Origin: Candidatus Woesearchaeota archaeon
GTDB taxonomy: Archaea; Nanobdellota; Nanobdellia; Pacearchaeales; GW2011-AR1
DNA: 37,527 bases
Assembly: GCA_964408905.1 (NCBI GenBank)
Contig: CAYPBD010000001.1
Span: 1-37,527, forward strand
Direction of reading: 5' to 3'
Under the pieces are notes generated by a model, which saw only the letters and a list, made by a program, of their open reading frames with translations, had not been told where the DNA came from and ran no database searches. Of this stretch, positions 6,575 through 15,043 are shown piece by piece. A program made the position numbers and the translations under genes. Position 1 is the stretch's first letter; the number at the start of each line of letters is the position of its first letter.

Positions 6575-7746
6575 AAACTTCACAATACGAGCTTTTAGCA
6601 CCAGTAGGAAATTTTCCGATGTTAATCACAGCAATAAATGCAGGAGCAGACGCAGTTTATTTCGGATTAAAAGAATTTTCTATGAGAACAAAAAACTTTT
6701 CAATAAAAGACATTCCAAAAATAGAAAAAATATGCAATCAAAAAAAAGTTAAAAAATATCTTACATTAAATACAATAATTTATGACAATGAATTAAACAA
6801 AATTGAAAAAATAATAAAAAAAGTTAAAGGAAAAGTTAATGCAATAATTTGTTGGGATTTGGCAGTTATTCAATTATGTAAAAAATATAAAATTCCTTTT
6901 CATATATCTACTCAGGCTTCTGTATCAAATATTAAGTCAGCACAATTTTATAAAAAATTAGGCGCAAAAAGAATTGTTTTGGCAAGAGAATTAACTTTAA
7001 AACAAATTAAAGAAATTTCAAAAATAATTGATGTTGAATGTTTTACTCATGGTGCAATGTGTGTTGCTGTTTCAGGAAGATGTTTTACTTCACAATTTCT
7101 TTTCAACAAATCAGCAAATAGAGGAAAGTGTCTTCATCCATGCAGAAGATCTTATTTTGTAAAAGATTCAGAAGGAAATGAATTAAAAGTTCAGAATAAT
7201 AAAATATTTTCTGCAAAAGATTTATGCACACTTCCATTTATTGAAAAAATGAAAAAAGCAGGAATAAAAAGTTTTAAAATAGAAGGAAGAAATCGTGACC
7301 CAAGATATGTAGATACAGTTGTAAAAGTTTATAGAAAAGCCTTAGACAAAAAACTTAATAAAAAAGAAATTGAAGAAGGAATAAAAAAATTAAAAAAAGT
7401 TTATCATAAAGGATTCTCTTCTGGTTTTTATTTAGGTCTTCCAACATCAGATGATTTTGCAAAGACAGAACATAGTTCTGCAATAGAGAAAAAACATTTT
7501 ATTGGGAAAATTATTCATTATTATGACAAAATAGGAGTTGCATCAATAAAACTTGTTTCTGATTTAAAAGTTGGAAATAAAATTGTGATAATAGGACAAA
7601 CAACAGGAATTGTCAATTCAAAAATTAATTCAATTGAAAAAAACAAAAAGAATATTAAAAGTGCAAAAAAAGGGGAAGAGATAGCAATAAAAGTCCCAAA
7701 AAAAGTTAGAAAAAATGATGAGATTTATGTTTTGAAAAAGAAATAA
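6571..7746 (+). CDS. peptidase U32 family protein (collagenase-like / RNA hydroxylation-associated family)
   Basis: ELLAPVGNF..L..AINAGADAVYFG ... ECFTHGAMCVAVSGRCFTSQFLFNKSANRGKCLHPCRRSY matches the U32 signature E.F.HGA.C...SG.C..S.....SANRG.C...CR..Y. Confidence 0.85.
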   Translation: MKTSQYELLAPVGNFPMLITAINAGADAVYFGLKEFSMRTKNFSIKDIPKIEKICNQKKVKKYLTLNTIIYDNELNKIEKIIKKVKGKVNAIICWDLAVIQLCKKYKIPFHISTQASVSNIKSAQFYKKLGAKRIVLARELTLKQIKEISKIIDVECFTHGAMCVAVSGRCFTSQFLFNKSANRGKCLHPCRRSYFVKDSEGNELKVQNNKIFSAKDLCTLPFIEKMKKAGIKSFKIEGRNRDPRYVDTVVKVYRKALDKKLNKKEIEEGIKKLKKVYHKGFSSGFYLGLPTSDDFAKTEHSSAIEKKHFIGKIIHYYDKIGVASIKLVSDLKVGNKIVIIGQTTGIVNSKINSIEKNKKNIKSAKKGEEIAIKVPKKVRKNDEIYVLKKK

Positions 7747-7751
7747 TAAAG

Positions 7752-8195
7752 TTAAAATTCAAAATGAAGTGTTGAACATAATCTTTCACTTCCAGAAGCA
7801 TCTTCAAAATAAGGGGTAAATTCTACTTTGTTAGCATCTTCTATTTCTCCGTCTACACTTATAGTAACTGTATCCAAAGTTGCTATATTCCCTTCAGAGT
7901 CTATAACATCACTTGTCTCACCATCTAAATTAAAGAAAACTAATTTAACACCTCCAATTTCATCAGTACTCGAGCCTGTTCTTGACATAGTAATATTATA
8001 ATTTGTTCCATCAGTATTTACTACAGCTTTTGTTCTTATATTAATCTCTAAACATTTAGTATTATAATCAACTTGTTCAACTCCTCCTTCAACAATACCT
8101 CTCACAACAACCCACACAATTCCTAAAGATACAAAAACCAAAACAACAATTATTAATGAAGTTACAACAAGTGAAAGACCTTTTTTATTAATCAT
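7752..8195 (-). CDS. archaeal type IV pilin-like protein (class III signal peptide)
   Basis: Track ORF 7752..8255. I prefer the start at M21 (ATG 8195): MINKKG/LSLVVTSLIIVVLVFVSLGIVWVVV. This is a short basic N-terminus, Gly at -1, then a long hydrophobic helix. The remainder is beta-rich and Thr/Ser/Asp-rich. Confidence 0.6.
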   Translation of the reverse strand: MINKKGLSLVVTSLIIVVLVFVSLGIVWVVVRGIVEGGVEQVDYNTKCLEINIRTKAVVNTDGTNYNITMSRTGSSTDEIGGVKLVFFNLDGETSDVIDSEGNIATLDTVTISVDGEIEDANKVEFTPYFEDASGSERLCSTLHFEF

Positions 8196-8288
8196 ATCAA
8201 TTTTAATCAAATCTGATTTAAAAATATTTTCTTTAATATACAAATTGTAATTCAATAATACTTATAATTAAAAGAATTATTAATTCTT

Positions 8289-8519
8289 ATGCCTATAGAG
8301 AAAGATTATCAAAAAGAACTTGGAGCAAAATTAGGAATAAATTGTTCAAAATTAGAGCGTTTTATTCCCATAAAAGGGAATTGCGCAGAAATAGATTCTT
8401 TAATGAATGAAAATATAATTTATAAAAAAATTTGTAAGTATTGTGAAAAAGTGAGTGTTCATTGTGGATTTTATGTAATAAAGTGTAGTCATCCAAAATT
8501 ATTTGCTGAAATTTTTTAA
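8289..8519 (+). CDS. small Cys-rich hypothetical protein
   Basis: 76-aa ORF with 7 Cys, including CKYCEK and HCGFYVIKCSH (a possible zinc-binding pattern). It fills the only gap between two minus-strand genes. Support is weak. Confidence 0.35.
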   Translation: MPIEKDYQKELGAKLGINCSKLERFIPIKGNCAEIDSLMNENIIYKKICKYCEKVSVHCGFYVIKCSHPKLFAEIF

Positions 8520-8523
8520 TAAT

Positions 8524-9030
8524 TTAATAAATATTACTCTTACTCAAAACATAATTCTTAAATGCAACAGAATTACTTGAAAAATCCAATAAATAATAAT
8601 TTTCCCCTTCATGTTTTTTAGTAAATGCATCAACAGCAATCAAAAACTTTTCTTTATCTACATCAACAGTTTTATCTGGATTTGGATTTTGTTCAAAATA
8701 ATTTTGTGTTGCTTTGCTCATGTCATCCATACTTCCTTTCAAAATTTTTATCTTGTTTTTTCCATCTTCACCTAAGACATAATGAAGTTCATAATAAATT
8801 CCTTTTCCATCTTCCAAAATCGGATGAACCCGCAATCCCCATGGAATATCATCCTTAAAAAAAGCCAATCCCCGATAATAAATTTTTATTATCTCACCTG
8901 ATTCATTATTACTATTTATTATTTTTTTATTTATATTAATCATAAAAGAAAGAATGATAAAGAATATTATAAAAGTTATTAAAACAAAACCTTTTTTAGA
9001 ATTCCTAGGAACCATTAAATTAATTAACAA
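8524..9030 (-). CDS. membrane-anchored hypothetical protein, possible class III signal peptide
   Basis: N-terminus (M6) MVPRNSKKG/FVLITFIIFFIILSF resembles a prepilin-type signal. A soluble domain of about 130 aa follows. The start may be at 9015. Confidence 0.5.
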   Translation of the reverse strand: MLINLMVPRNSKKGFVLITFIIFFIILSFMININKKIINSNNESGEIIKIYYRGLAFFKDDIPWGLRVHPILEDGKGIYYELHYVLGEDGKNKIKILKGSMDDMSKATQNYFEQNPNPDKTVDVDKEKFLIAVDAFTKKHEGENYYLLDFSSNSVAFKNYVLSKSNIY

Positions 9031-9045
9031 AAAATAATTATAAAT

Positions 9046-10242
9046 TTATCTATTAAAACTATCTAACAATCTAAAGAATTCTTTTTTATCAAAAGTCTTA
9101 TCAACTTCATTTAGTCCAATATGTTCTGCCATTTTCCAAAATGCTTCTGGTTTATATCCTCTTTTTTTCAATGCCTGTATTGTAAGCAATTTTTCATCAT
9201 CCCAGCCAGAATATTTCCCTTCTTTAATTCCCTTAGTAATTTCACTGGCAGATAATTTCATTCCTTTAAGATGAATCTTTCCAAGAAAAGCACACCATGG
9301 ATATTTCTTTCCCAAAACCTTGAACATCATTTTCTGCCTCTCAGCATTATCCCGATGCTCTTTTGCCCGAATAATATGAGTCATTTTTTCTTCAATATCA
9401 TCAGTTGTAACAGCCAAATTCATCAATGGCCAAACACGATATTTTTTTCCCTGACGAGGATGTGAAGTTTCATTAATTCTTGCCAAAGGAAAATCTCTCA
9501 TCGCAGGATTCTTATGGCTCATGCTCGACTTAAATCTCAAAACAGCTTCGCCAACAGCAAATCCTTTTTTATCAAACATTTTCTTCCATCTTTCTATATT
9601 TTCTTTAACACTTAATTTTCTGCAAGGACAATTCTTTTTTTCTTTAACATATTCTCTAAACTTATCACCAGAACAGGTGCAAATATATGCAAATCCTTTC
9701 TTAATCAATTTCTCTGCATACTTATAATACAATTCCATTCTGTCTGACTGAATAACAATCTTTGCATTTCCATTAAACAGCCACTTTGAATCATCTTTCA
9801 GCAATTTGTAAGCAGGTTTGTAAATATTATTTGGATTTGTGTCCTCAATTCTTACAATAAATTTTCCTCCATATTTCTTTACATAATCAAAAGATAAACA
9901 TGCAGTAATAGCATGACCAATATGCATTGCACCAGAAGCAGAAGGAGCAAATCTCATCACCACACTAGATTTCTTTACATCAGGAAGTTCAGGCAAACCC
10001 TCACGAATTTTTCTTTCACTAACAACTTCCTGTAATTTTTTAAATTCTTTTTTCTGTTCTTCAACTGATAAATTATTAATTCCTAAAATTATTTCAGAAA
10101 TTTTTTTTGAATATTTTTTCGCCTCGCTCCTTTTCAAACCCTCATTAAACAAAGCAGATATAACTGCACCAAGATGCGCTTTTCCATTATAATGAATAGC
10201 ATTTTTCAAAACATATGCTTTGATTTTTTTATCTGAAATCAT
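9046..10242 (-). CDS. gltX: glutamate--tRNA ligase, archaeal/eukaryal type, catalytic core only (no C-terminal anticodon-binding domain)
   Basis: MRFAPSASGAMHIGHA carries the HIGH motif at residues 107-110. Other matches are RIEDTNP, FPLARI, WPLMNLAVTTDD and THIIRAKEH, with LKGMKLSAS as the KMSKS equivalent. GWDDEKLLTIQALKKRGYKPEAFWKMAEHIGL matches GWDDPRMPTISGLRRRGYT..IREFCKRIGV of GlnRS/GluRS. The ORF stops at residue 398. Confidence 0.8.
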   Translation of the reverse strand: MISDKKIKAYVLKNAIHYNGKAHLGAVISALFNEGLKRSEAKKYSKKISEIILGINNLSVEEQKKEFKKLQEVVSERKIREGLPELPDVKKSSVVMRFAPSASGAMHIGHAITACLSFDYVKKYGGKFIVRIEDTNPNNIYKPAYKLLKDDSKWLFNGNAKIVIQSDRMELYYKYAEKLIKKGFAYICTCSGDKFREYVKEKKNCPCRKLSVKENIERWKKMFDKKGFAVGEAVLRFKSSMSHKNPAMRDFPLARINETSHPRQGKKYRVWPLMNLAVTTDDIEEKMTHIIRAKEHRDNAERQKMMFKVLGKKYPWCAFLGKIHLKGMKLSASEITKGIKEGKYSGWDDEKLLTIQALKKRGYKPEAFWKMAEHIGLNEVDKTFDKKEFFRLLDSFNR

Positions 10243-10273
10243 ATAAATTAAAAAGAATAAGTGTTAATAAAAC

Positions 10274-10714
10274 TTATCTAAAATATTTTGCTAAAGAACC
10301 ATAAACACTTCTTGTATCATTTTTATCTGCAGGATATTGAGGTTCAAATGCTCCCCAGCAAGAAAATAATTTACTTGCTTTTCTTGTAAGAGCTTTCAAC
10401 ACCTGTTTTCTTTTTATTTTATATAATTCATCCATTCCTTCTCTAGGAAGAAATCTCTCAATATTTGCTAATTTTTTATACCCTCCTTTTTCTCCTCTCC
10501 TTTTCGCTGTCCTCCTTATAGCCTCAGAAGTTTCATCAACAATAATATGACTTAAAAACTGATAAACATTATGTTGGTTGACATTATTTTCTTGTTCTAA
10601 TCTTTCAATTAAATTATCAAAAAATTTTCCATTAGGAATCCATCCAACTTTGTTTTTCTTATGTCTTCTTTTATAAAAATTTTCAACAATATCTCTTGCA
10701 CTTTCCCTATCCAT
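10274..10714 (-). CDS. hypothetical protein
   Basis: 146-aa ORF in a coherent minus-strand gene series, with no recognisable motif. Confidence 0.5.
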   Translation of the reverse strand: MDRESARDIVENFYKRRHKKNKVGWIPNGKFFDNLIERLEQENNVNQHNVYQFLSHIIVDETSEAIRRTAKRRGEKGGYKKLANIERFLPREGMDELYKIKRKQVLKALTRKASKLFSCWGAFEPQYPADKNDTRSVYGSLAKYFR

Positions 10715-10772
10715 AAAAATTAGTCTAAAATCAAATTAATAAATATTATTGTGTTTAGAAGTATTTATTCAA

Positions 10773-11075
10773 TTACCTCGTCTTCTTTTCTAAAAGTTCT
10801 ACTCTTTGTTGCAAATGATAAATTTGGTTTGAAATTTCTTCCATCTTATTAGTTAAATCTCTTAATCTTTTTGCAAGTTTTTTCTTTCTATCCTCAGAAA
10901 TATTTGGATTATCTTGAGATGAATTGCTTGAAGCTAAATTTCCTAAAAAACTAAAAGCATTTTGTGATGAATCTTCCTGCGAAGCATTTTCCTGAGCAAT
11001 TTTTTTCTGCTTTTTTCTATAATGTTCAGTTAAATCAAGCACCCTGTCTTTTTTTCCAAATTTAAAGAATTTCAT
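10773..11075 (-). CDS. hypothetical coiled-coil protein
   Basis: Track ORF 10773..11090; the start is more likely M6 (MKFFKFGKKDRV). It has a low-complexity Ser/Asn/Gln middle and a C-terminal heptad-like helix KKLAKRLRDLTNKMEEISNQIYHLQQRVELLEKK. Confidence 0.45.
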   Translation of the reverse strand: MKFFKFGKKDRVLDLTEHYRKKQKKIAQENASQEDSSQNAFSFLGNLASSNSSQDNPNISEDRKKKLAKRLRDLTNKMEEISNQIYHLQQRVELLEKKTR

Positions 11076-11158
11076 AAAATAAATAAGCATATACTATTTT
11101 TAAATTTAGTCATATTAGAAGATTTTTTAAAACAATCATTCCTTAATTTCAATATAAA

Positions 11159-12628
11159 ATGGTGGCAACAATTCAACAAATTATTGGGAAAGTTAGTCCT
11201 TTGCTTTATGCAAAAAATGGAAAAGAATTATTAAAAAAATATGGTTCTATAGATAAAATTCCAGCCGATGAAGTTGAACCTCAAGATTTAGGAGAACATA
11301 ATCTTGTCTATGATTCCTCGTCAGAAACTTTAGAGCCAATTTATTTTTTTATTCTTGATTTAATGAATGAATTTGGATTTGCTCCAGAAAAACTTGTTGA
11401 TTCTTTTATTTCTTCTCCAGGTTCAGGACATTTTTCAGAACTTGGGCAACGAGCATCAGTAATGCAACAACAAGGAGCTAAAATCTTAGCTGATGTAAAC
11501 ACTGTTCTAAGAAGTGTTCTAAATATCATTTATGATTTAAAAGAATTCAGAATGCGTTTACAATATTATAATGATTTAAAATCAAAAGATAAAAAAAATG
11601 CAGCAATACTTGCTCTTAAACAAATCTGGATGGATAAAGTAGATGTAATAAAAGGCAATTCAAGCATTAAAGCAATGGCTTTGGGTCAGATGGGTTTTCA
11701 GACATTAATTGATGCATTCTTGTCTGTAAATAATGTAGCGGATGTTAATAAAATTGATTTAAATGAAAGAGTTAAACGAATCTTGATTCCAAGAATTCAG
11801 GAATTTAATATTTGGTTAGAGCAATCTGGAAAAGAATTACAAAAAAGATATGAAATTGAAAAAACATATTTAAGAAGTCAGGTAAATAGTTTAAAACTTT
11901 ATTCACGATGGGCAAAGCCATATCTAAAAGCAGCCCAGCAACTTGAAACATCACAAATTGGAGGAGCTCGAAATCCCGCTTTAGTGAAGACATTTAATAC
12001 AATTCTCCTTGAATTAACTTTATTTGGAAAAAAAGCAGTTAAGGTAAAAGAATCTGCTCTTGAAGGAAAATTACCTTCAGATTTTACAAAAGAAAGTTTT
12101 CTAAAAACATTAAAAAGAAAATATTATTCCTGTGTATTAGTTGATTTTATGTTTAGAGGAATTCCACAAAAAACATCTGCTTACCAGCACCATTATGTTT
12201 TTGGAGGAAAGGCAGAAGTAACATTTAGGGCATATGCATTAAATGAAGATGAAATCAAAAAGATTAATGATGAACTTAAAGAATCAGATGTTGAAGATGT
12301 TCTTAAATTAATCGAGGGAACAACAACAGAAAGTTTAAAACAATTGCAAAAAGATATAAACTTTTTTTTAGAAGAAAAAACAGAAGAGAAAAAAGAAAAA
12401 CCTAAAGAAAATTATGCTAAAAAAATAAAAGAATTTTTCCCTAATATTAAAAAAGATTTAAAAGAAACATTTTTTGGTAAAACTAAATCAAAAAAAGAAG
12501 AGATAAAACTTGATAATTTTATTGAAAAAGAACATCTAAGACCTTTAGCAGAAGAAACCGCAACAGAAACTATCTTAAAATTATTTAATGTTTATAAAAA
12601 AGCTCATGGTATGCCAAGTTATGTTTAA
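11159..12628 (+). CDS. hypothetical protein (helical core, beta-rich region, Lys/Glu-rich tail); no family recognised
   Basis: 489-aa ORF with no Walker or other catalytic motifs seen. It is the first gene of a tightly spaced plus-strand block (gaps of 14, 30 and 1 nt). Confidence 0.65.
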   Translation: MVATIQQIIGKVSPLLYAKNGKELLKKYGSIDKIPADEVEPQDLGEHNLVYDSSSETLEPIYFFILDLMNEFGFAPEKLVDSFISSPGSGHFSELGQRASVMQQQGAKILADVNTVLRSVLNIIYDLKEFRMRLQYYNDLKSKDKKNAAILALKQIWMDKVDVIKGNSSIKAMALGQMGFQTLIDAFLSVNNVADVNKIDLNERVKRILIPRIQEFNIWLEQSGKELQKRYEIEKTYLRSQVNSLKLYSRWAKPYLKAAQQLETSQIGGARNPALVKTFNTILLELTLFGKKAVKVKESALEGKLPSDFTKESFLKTLKRKYYSCVLVDFMFRGIPQKTSAYQHHYVFGGKAEVTFRAYALNEDEIKKINDELKESDVEDVLKLIEGTTTESLKQLQKDINFFLEEKTEEKKEKPKENYAKKIKEFFPNIKKDLKETFFGKTKSKKEEIKLDNFIEKEHLRPLAEETATETILKLFNVYKKAHGMPSYV

Positions 12629-12642
12629 TTTTTAATTTTGAA

Positions 12643-13206
12643 ATGAAAGATAAAAAAAATTTAGATGAAAAAGAAGAATTAGAAGAAGATATTGAAGAAT
12701 CAAAATTAAAAAAAGTTGCAGAAGAAATAAATAATGAAAATCCTGAAGATATAGAGAAAATTGAAGACAATAATTTTCATGAATTTTTTGAAACTTCAAT
12801 TAAAACCCCAACAATTCAGAAAAGTTCTCCTTCTTTGGAAAAAATTAATATTTCTCAGGAAATTCCAGTTAGATTAGAACAAGGATTTACAGATTCTCAA
12901 TTTACAGAAAAAGAAAGTAAAGGAAGTCAATTCAAATATAATTTTACAAATCAGAAAGAAGAACCTAAATATCAAACTTCAGAAGAACAGACTTTTGCAC
13001 CACAAAGAACAAATATAGAATCCCTTGGAAAAACAGAGTTTCCTCAAAGACAAGAAGCAGGATTTATACATGCTCAAGAAAATAATCCAACACAAATTTA
13101 TGAAAAATATGTTTCTCCGTCCTCACAAGAAATAGAAGAATTGGGCAAGAAAGAAAATCTTTTTGAAAAAAAAGAAATAAAATATAAACCAAGCACTAAC
13201 CATTAA
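12643..13206 (+). CDS. acidic low-complexity (probably disordered) protein
   Basis: 187 aa, rich in E, K, Q, S and T, with no predicted hydrophobic core (MKDKKNLDEKEELEEDIEESK...). It sits between two larger co-oriented genes. Confidence 0.5.
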   Translation: MKDKKNLDEKEELEEDIEESKLKKVAEEINNENPEDIEKIEDNNFHEFFETSIKTPTIQKSSPSLEKINISQEIPVRLEQGFTDSQFTEKESKGSQFKYNFTNQKEEPKYQTSEEQTFAPQRTNIESLGKTEFPQRQEAGFIHAQENNPTQIYEKYVSPSSQEIEELGKKENLFEKKEIKYKPSTNH

Positions 13207-13236
13207 ATTAATAAATTCTTATTAAATATTTATATA

Positions 13237-15042
13237 ATGGGAGGTTATACAACTAATATTTATCAGGGAGGATATTCTACATTAGACCCTAATAAAAGTT
13301 ATGGTTCTGTTTTTTCCGGATATAATGTATCTTCAGGAAGTTTAGGATTAACAACAGATCCCCGAACTGCAAATATTATAAAAGATGTTTCTGACAAACT
13401 TTCATCAGGAGCAAAACACATTGAACTTGCATTGGTTAGTCCTGAAATATTTGATTCAATACCAAAACAACATTTAAAGGAAGTTAAAAGACATGCAAAA
13501 TTATTAAATGTTGATGTTTCTGTGCACGGACCTGTTGTAGATTCAGCAGGAATTACTCAGCAAGGATTTAGTGAATTAAACAGAGAAGCTTCTGAAAGAA
13601 AAATAGCTAATGTAATTGAAAGAAGTCATGAAATTAATCCAGAAGGAAATGTTCCTGTTGTTTTTCACTCATCAGAAGGTATTCCAGGAACAGAATGGAA
13701 AGAAATCCCCTGGGAAGAAAAAGGAATTAAAGGAAAAGCAAAACAATTAATTGCAGTAGATAGAGAATCAGGAAAAATGATTCCTCTTCGTGAAGAATTA
13801 AAATATTATCCAGGAAAAGAATTTAAAGAAAAAGGAGTTCCTTATTCTCCCGAAGAAAATTTAAGAATTGCAAATGATACAGAATGGGACAACAAAATAT
13901 CTCAATTATTTTTTAACAAAGAAAGAGCAGATGAAATATTAACTCAAAATGAAGTTCAAATAAAACATTTAATGGACTATCTTGAAGAGCAAAAAAAGAA
14001 AAAACAGAAGCCTGTTTTAACTCCTGTTCAGGAAGAAGCTTGGAATAAATTTCAGGATGCCCAAAATTATATACATGAAGTTCATAAAACAGCAAATGGA
14101 ATATTTAGCAGAGCATATGAATATGGAACTGAAAAACAGCAAAAAGAACTAAGAAAAATTAATGAAGAATATAAAGAAGATTTAAATAAATATGGAGATA
14201 CTATTTCTGGCCAGTCAAGAGCAATGCATAAACTTCTAAGTCAGTTGCAAGACCCAAAAAATGAACTTGCACCTCAAATGTTTGTTCCAATTGATAAATT
14301 TGCAGTAGATCAATCTTCAAAAACATTTGGAAATGCTGCTTTTAATGCTTTTAATAAATTTAAAGATCCAAATAAAACACCAATGATTGTCATTGAAAAT
14401 CCTCCAGTAGGTCATGCAATAAGCACAGGTGAGGATTTGAAAAATCTTGTAATAAAATCAAGAGAACAATTTGTTAAAAAAGCTGTAGAAGAAAAAAGGA
14501 TGAGTGAAAGTGAAGCAAAAAAAGTTGCAGAAAAATTAATTGGAGCAACCTGGGATGTAGGCCATATAAATATGTTGAGAAAACAGGGCTTTGGAAAAAA
14601 AGAAATTATTAAAGAAACAGAAAAAATAGCACCTTTTGTAAAACATGTTCATTTATCAGATAATTTTGGAATGGAGCATACAGAACTTCCAATGCAAATG
14701 GGAAATGTTCCGTTTAAAGAGATTATGGGAAAATTAGGCAAAGAAGGATTTGAAGCAAAAAAAATTATTGAAGCAGGTCAATGGTGGCAACACTTTAAAA
14801 CTTCTCCATTTCAAATAACAGCTGAAGGACTTGGTGCTCCTGTATATTCAACTGGAGCAGGCCCTTATTGGAATCAGGTTATAGGATTATATCAAGGGTA
14901 TTATGGAGGATTAGCAGGACAATGGCTTCCTCAAATGAATTATGAAACATTTGGTGCAGGTTTTGCCCAATTACCAGTTGAACTCGGAGGACAACGACAA
15001 GGAGCAGGTGGAAGCAGAATGTCCGGAAGACCAATGGAATAA
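13237..15042 (+). CDS. xylose isomerase-like TIM-barrel (AP endonuclease 2 / EndoIV-like fold) protein with large helical insertion and Gly/Tyr/Gln-rich termini
   Basis: The ordered motifs are typical of the fold: HIELAL, DVSVHGP, VVFHSSEG, MIVIENPP, GATWDVGH, VKHVHLSDN, KKIIEAG. About 230 aa (residues 150-381, nt 13690-14380) separate the FHSSEG and IENPP strands. The N-terminus is MGGYTTNIYQGGYST...GYNVSSGSLG and the C-terminus is GPYWNQVIGLYQGYYGGLAGQW...GGQRQGAGGS. Confidence 0.7.
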   Translation: MGGYTTNIYQGGYSTLDPNKSYGSVFSGYNVSSGSLGLTTDPRTANIIKDVSDKLSSGAKHIELALVSPEIFDSIPKQHLKEVKRHAKLLNVDVSVHGPVVDSAGITQQGFSELNREASERKIANVIERSHEINPEGNVPVVFHSSEGIPGTEWKEIPWEEKGIKGKAKQLIAVDRESGKMIPLREELKYYPGKEFKEKGVPYSPEENLRIANDTEWDNKISQLFFNKERADEILTQNEVQIKHLMDYLEEQKKKKQKPVLTPVQEEAWNKFQDAQNYIHEVHKTANGIFSRAYEYGTEKQQKELRKINEEYKEDLNKYGDTISGQSRAMHKLLSQLQDPKNELAPQMFVPIDKFAVDQSSKTFGNAAFNAFNKFKDPNKTPMIVIENPPVGHAISTGEDLKNLVIKSREQFVKKAVEEKRMSESEAKKVAEKLIGATWDVGHINMLRKQGFGKKEIIKETEKIAPFVKHVHLSDNFGMEHTELPMQMGNVPFKEIMGKLGKEGFEAKKIIEAGQWWQHFKTSPFQITAEGLGAPVYSTGAGPYWNQVIGLYQGYYGGLAGQWLPQMNYETFGAGFAQLPVELGGQRQGAGGSRMSGRPME

Positions 15043-15043
15043 A

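Noticed and set aside
6558-6752. 64-aa plus-strand ORF overlapping the start of the U32 gene
   Set aside because: It is an out-of-frame overlap with a confidently identified U32 gene, and its product is a basic low-complexity sequence with no motif.
7752-8255. Full-length 167-aa version of the pilin-like ORF
   Set aside because: The first 20 residues (MNYNLYIKENIFKSDLIKID) precede a textbook class III signal that begins at M21. The shorter start at 8195 is more plausible, although the longer one cannot be excluded.
8524-9030. 168-aa ORF as the detached anticodon-binding domain of the truncated GluRS
   Set aside because: The size is suggestive. However, the protein begins with a hydrophobic membrane/signal helix, and I could not align it to the beta-barrel anticodon-binding region of GlnRS/GluRS beyond a trivial HP dipeptide.
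14942-15043. N-terminal 34-codon extension of the ABC exporter ORF
   Set aside because: It overlaps the 3' end of the TIM-barrel gene in another frame. The ATG at 15044 follows that gene's stop by 1 nt and gives a normal ABC exporter N-terminus.
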